The notes beneath the pieces were generated by a model. It was not told where the DNA came from. It ran no database searches and saw only the letters and a list, made by a program, of their open reading frames with translations. From positions 145,700,001-145,764,000 of the forward strand of contig OZ038378.1 in the NCBI GenBank assembly GCA_964036045.1: 64,000 nucleotides of DNA, written 5' to 3'. Origin of the DNA: Eutreptiella sp. 'Long Island Sound 2002'. Its lineage: Eukaryota; Protista; Euglenida. The position numbers were made by a program, and so were the translations under genes. The first letter of the stretch is position 1. Each line of letters starts with the position of its first letter. This document shows positions 59,731 through 64,000 of this stretch, piece after piece.

Positions 59731-60372
59731 ACCCATGGACGACCCTGTAACCCTACCCTAGCACGCGCATTGTGCGCGCTTCACCACTTCGCGGTGCCAA
59801 AATGAGGCATTGAAGAATGATGACATCGTTATTTACCACCACAAGGGTGCGCACTTCAATCCATGGCTATCAAACACGGCATAGGAAGGTGGAAGTTGAA
59901 AAGTGCTTTCAAAGGCTGATTTTGTGGTATTTTAGGCCAAGAAAGAGGTTGTCAGGGCCACTCATCAGGTGTAAAACAGACTGACAAGGGAGAAAAGTGT
60001 TTGTTCATCATCTAAGTGAGTTCAAAGGCAATTGGACCTCCAGTGACATCCTAGGTACCCATGCTGCCCCTAAAAACGGCACTTTTTTTTTTAACCATTC
60101 TGACAGATTTTGAAATGGAGGTCCACCACTTGCAACACCCGTTCCCCGCCGCCACCGTTGGGTTTCTTGCCCATATTTTGTGTAATTATCCTTCACACCC
60201 ACAGGTATCATCCACCAAAATTTCGGCCGGCTCTGAAGCACCACGACGGAGCTGTGATTTTTGGCCATTTTGCGCGTGCTTGCTTGCTGCTTGCTGCTTG
60301 CTGCTGAACCTAGTATGTCCACCCCTAGACCCTTAAGAGGGTTTTCAAAGCAAGACTGGTTCCACCAGCTCG

Positions 60373-60482
60373 GTGACCCTGACCCCAACGCTGACCCTTA
60401 CCCTGACGCTGACGCTGACCCTGACCATGACCCTGACCGTGACCCTGACCGTGACCCTGACCGTGACCCTGACCCTGACCAC
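60373..60482 (+). repeat. (gaccct/gaccgt)n hexamer array
   Basis: Directly visible. Confidence 0.85.
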
Positions 60483-62299
60483 GTCTGTGATCATAACTGT
60501 CCTTGTAACCCGCATTTGAATGGGGCATAGGGCTTGGGTGCCTACTGGAACATAGGGGGCGCCCTGTGGGCGATGGCCCTGGGGGTTAGGGGCGGAGTTT
60601 TTGAGATACCGAGTCGTAAACTTCAATATTTTGGGGAAGCGGTTGGGAAATGGGGGGCTGATGTGGTGTGTCTTGCGTTAAGGCCGGCACAAGTTGTGAT
60701 TGTCGCACAAATTGTAATTCCCAGTGTCAGGCACCCGTACCCCTCTCTTGCACAACACGACTGATGTGCCCGTGCCCGTGACTGGGGATGTTGCCCACCC
60801 TTCTGCGCTGGCAAGAAGGCTCCCAAGCTGGTCGGCCTTTCAGACACACGCCACATACGCAAGGGGAGGGACAGAACAGCGATGCTTGATTGCCCAATCT
60901 TTGCCTGGGGGGTCGGGGAGAGGTTTCAAAACACGAATTTTTCGGAACAGATGTTGGCTATGTTCACGTGGCGCAGGCTGCCAAAGTAGTCCTGCCCACT
61001 GATTGTAACCTCCTCAGTGGCTTATTCAACCTTTACAACGCACATGCCCCACGGAGCATTGTACTCCATGCCGCTGTGCAGTTCCACACTGTTTTGCACA
61101 CATGTCCAATCCAAAGTGAGGGAGAATCAATGGAAAAGTTTTCACTGCCCTTCTCTGGCACGCGGTAGAGTGCTGACGGTTGGAGATTGCTTTTTGAGGG
61201 GGGCTACGGCAGAGTGTCATAGACTCTATGCCCCAAATTTTTGGACAACTGTTCAGCGACAAGCTGCTATTTCTAGCAAAAACGGTGTCGGCGGGACAGG
61301 ATTTGGGCTCAGACTCTCGATGTGATGGCTGGATATGCCATTCTATCTGAGTAGCCAGGGCCCTGTCAGGATAGAGCAGAGGCAGCTGAGTGAGGTGTGG
61401 GGGGTCATTTGTTACTCAAGTGGTACCATTGAATTTACGCGTGTTCATCATCAAGGCCATGTGGAGAGAGATAATAGGGTTCGGAGTTGGGTGTTATGAC
61501 CACAAAAACGCCGTTTTTTGTTTTTTGTTTTTCCTGTTGTCTTGCCCTCCGGTGCCCGTGTGTTAGTGTTCCATCATGTTTTTTGGTGTGTTTTTTTGTG
61601 TTTATGGTGGAATGCGGTAGAAACACATCTTAGGGTGCCAAGGAGGCATTGTGTTTTTTGTTATTAGGCCCCATTTGTTTCTCTGACGTGTCTTTGCAGA
61701 GTGCGACCAGCGTTCTGGGATATTGGATGTGGGATGCACACGTTCTGGGATGTGGGTCAAAAAACGGGTTTTTTTTTTCAAAAAAAAGACAGCTCTTCGT
61801 TGAATTGCCTGTGGCAAGCCGATTGCACTCGTTTGGTATGTTACATGCGGAGGCCTGTTCTCTGTCTGGGGCATCGGAAGCCCATGGTCATGAACTCAAG
61901 AGATGTCCATATTTGTCAGATTGTATGAGTGTGGTACATTGGCTGTGGACCCCGGTAACACTGGGAAATGAATGGTATGAGCCCTCATGCATGTGTTTAG
62001 AACATGCGAAAGCCTCCATTGAATCGCTACAAGGCTGGTTGATTTGGTCTGCGATGTATGTCAACTGCTTTCTACGATGTGACAGTCTGACTGGTCCCCA
62101 CCCAACGACCGATCCACGGCGGTGCTTCAATGGTGGTACTCGTGCTAGGGAGTTGCCTCACAGCAACCAGCGGGGTGCTGCCTGTGGCGATGGTCAAAAT
62201 TACAAGGGTGGCACTCGTGAAGTTTTTCCGAGTCCGGGATGTCAGAGATTCGTTAGCAGCTCTTGTCCGGTACTGTAGGGCGGGGGCGATGCAGCCCGC

Positions 62300-62840
62300 T
62301 TCTCAAACATAAGAGTGCAAGAGAGCCCCCCCCCTCCCCATATTCAGGTGTGTTTGAAACTAGCACTAGCCACTACCTAGGGCAAGGCCGAAGGAGTGCC
62401 ATGCTTGGCAGCCCACAGATGGTGAGCAAATGGTGCTATGCAGTTAGTCGTTGGTCAACGCTTATTGCTCTTTGGCAAGGATTGACTTAGCGTCACCCGA
62501 CACATTGTATGTAGCTCACCCGTGGCCACCAGTTGTACACACGTGAAGAAGCGATTTGTGTCAACAACAAGCTTTGCGGCGAATTGGACTTATAGTTTCA
62601 AGTATTTATGGCGGGGGCATGCAGTCAATCAGTACGGACTATGGAGCCCCTCAGCTGTGGGGGTGGCGGGGTAATAGCATGAATCCGGCAAGGTGATCTA
62701 TGGTTTCACGTTTGGCACCCCTCAAATGGGGCGGTACTGCATTGTTGCCACGGGGACATTGAATCAAAGAGGGAGAACAACAGGGCATCTTTTCTATTTT
62801 GGGAGGGGACCTCCCCTGCAGATCTGGTGCTTGCACCGAT
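62300..62840 (-). pseudogene. Possible highly degraded piggyBac-like transposase core
   Basis: ATMQYRP.., AGFMLLP..GA..SVL and KLVVDTNRFFTCVQL loosely match QY.P.K, Y..F..Y.G and Y.DNFFTS..L. Confidence 0.3.
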
Positions 62841-64000
62841 CACTATAGACTCTGCTGCAATTCTATATACACAACTAGACAGAAGTGGGCTAGAATCAGG
62901 TTCCCGAGAGGGTCATACCCATGCACCTACGGCTGCAAGCCGCGTACAGCCTATTGAAGGTGCAGTAGGAGGCCACCCTTTGGTTGACCATTCAGATAGG
63001 TGGTCACATGAAGGCACTGATTTGTTTTCTGGGTACGGACTAGGGCGGCTAGTTTTCGGGCCCCAATTTCAGTTACATGCAAGGAGCCAGCAGTTGTCAT
63101 GCAGGGGGTCCTTAAGGAACAATAATTTTTTTTTGTGAAGGACCCTCCTTAAGGACCCCCCGAAAGGGCCTTTTTCCCAGATCCGATGCCGGACAGCCCT
63201 AACCAGGACTGAATATTGGGACCAAGCTGGTGGGGGAAGGAACGGCAGCTACGAGTGTTGAGGGACACGAAGAATGATTCATGCCACTTTCCCCCTGATG
63301 CCACTTTCCCCCTGATGCCACTTTCCCCCTGATACCACCCCCGAAGGTGGACTAGAGCGGGTCAAAATGGGCTCAAAACGAGCTCTATTCATCCGTTTCG
63401 GCACCCCAATTGGGCTAGGATCATTTTTGGAAAAAAAGATGTTTTGGACACATTCGCAAACCATTTGTGGGTCCTAAATAGCCCATTCTCAAGGCTGTTT
63501 CGGACTTGAGAGGGGCCAGCATTGCTCAACCTGGGCTCAAAATGGGCTCATTTCACTTGCCTGTGCACCCCTGGACCATTGGGGGTGGTGCACCAAAATG
63601 ACCCTTTCTCCCAGCCATTATACCAAATATGGGGTTTCTTGGGACTCATTTGAACCCTGAAACCATGCTCCATCCAAAGAAACTGGGTTTTCAGATTATT
63701 TCATCGAACACCTTTGAGATATTTTGTGCTTTTGTGGCACTACGGTCCGGTTCCCCGCCAAAATGTGTAAGTGAGATACCAAGCAACTAATGGAATGGCC
63801 TGCACTAAAATGACTGTGTGGCTTTAATTAAAATGAAGAAAAATCTGACTGTCCAGTAGCCAGCTCAGCATTTAGGCGCACAATTGTGTAATTGGGTGGC
63901 ACTTGAAGGGCAACCGATGGCGTTTGGAGGGTAACCGACAGCTGTTTGGGGGGGGGGGGGGGGGGCGACGGCGGTTGGAGGTTTAACGGGCAAAAAAAAA

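Noticed and set aside
61649-62278. 209-aa plus-strand ORF
   Set aside because: No recognisable domain or splice context

Overview
Repeat-dense eukaryotic DNA; no prokaryotic operons, rRNA or CRISPR are evident. The repeat style suggests a euglenid-like protist, which is inference only. The left half (3.6-27 kb) is a nest of mostly mutated mobile elements: (1) a hAT deletion derivative whose transposase has an N-terminal chromodomain and BED finger; (2) gag/RT remnants, including a captured GT61-like exon; (3) two different multi-gene DNA transposons (12824-16912 and 18161-25169) whose transposases show the D..DxK..CxxC..H..HxxxxH..E pattern of the CMC/Transib/RAG1 group. Both appear to end TGT..ACA and have blocks of short repeats between their genes. 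The larger one has a probable 2-bp AG TSD and carries a PhyH/2OG-dioxygenase-fold cargo ORF. An LSm-like ORF and a piggyBac remnant flank it. The right half holds one apparently intact host gene: a 7-exon, all GT-AG, ~624 aa NodU/CmcH-family carbamoyltransferase-like protein with an N-terminal signal/anchor (30052-59032). Its large introns are filled with satellites, MITE-like repeats and convergent tRNA-like pairs. All protein family calls are from motif recognition by eye; no database searches were run.
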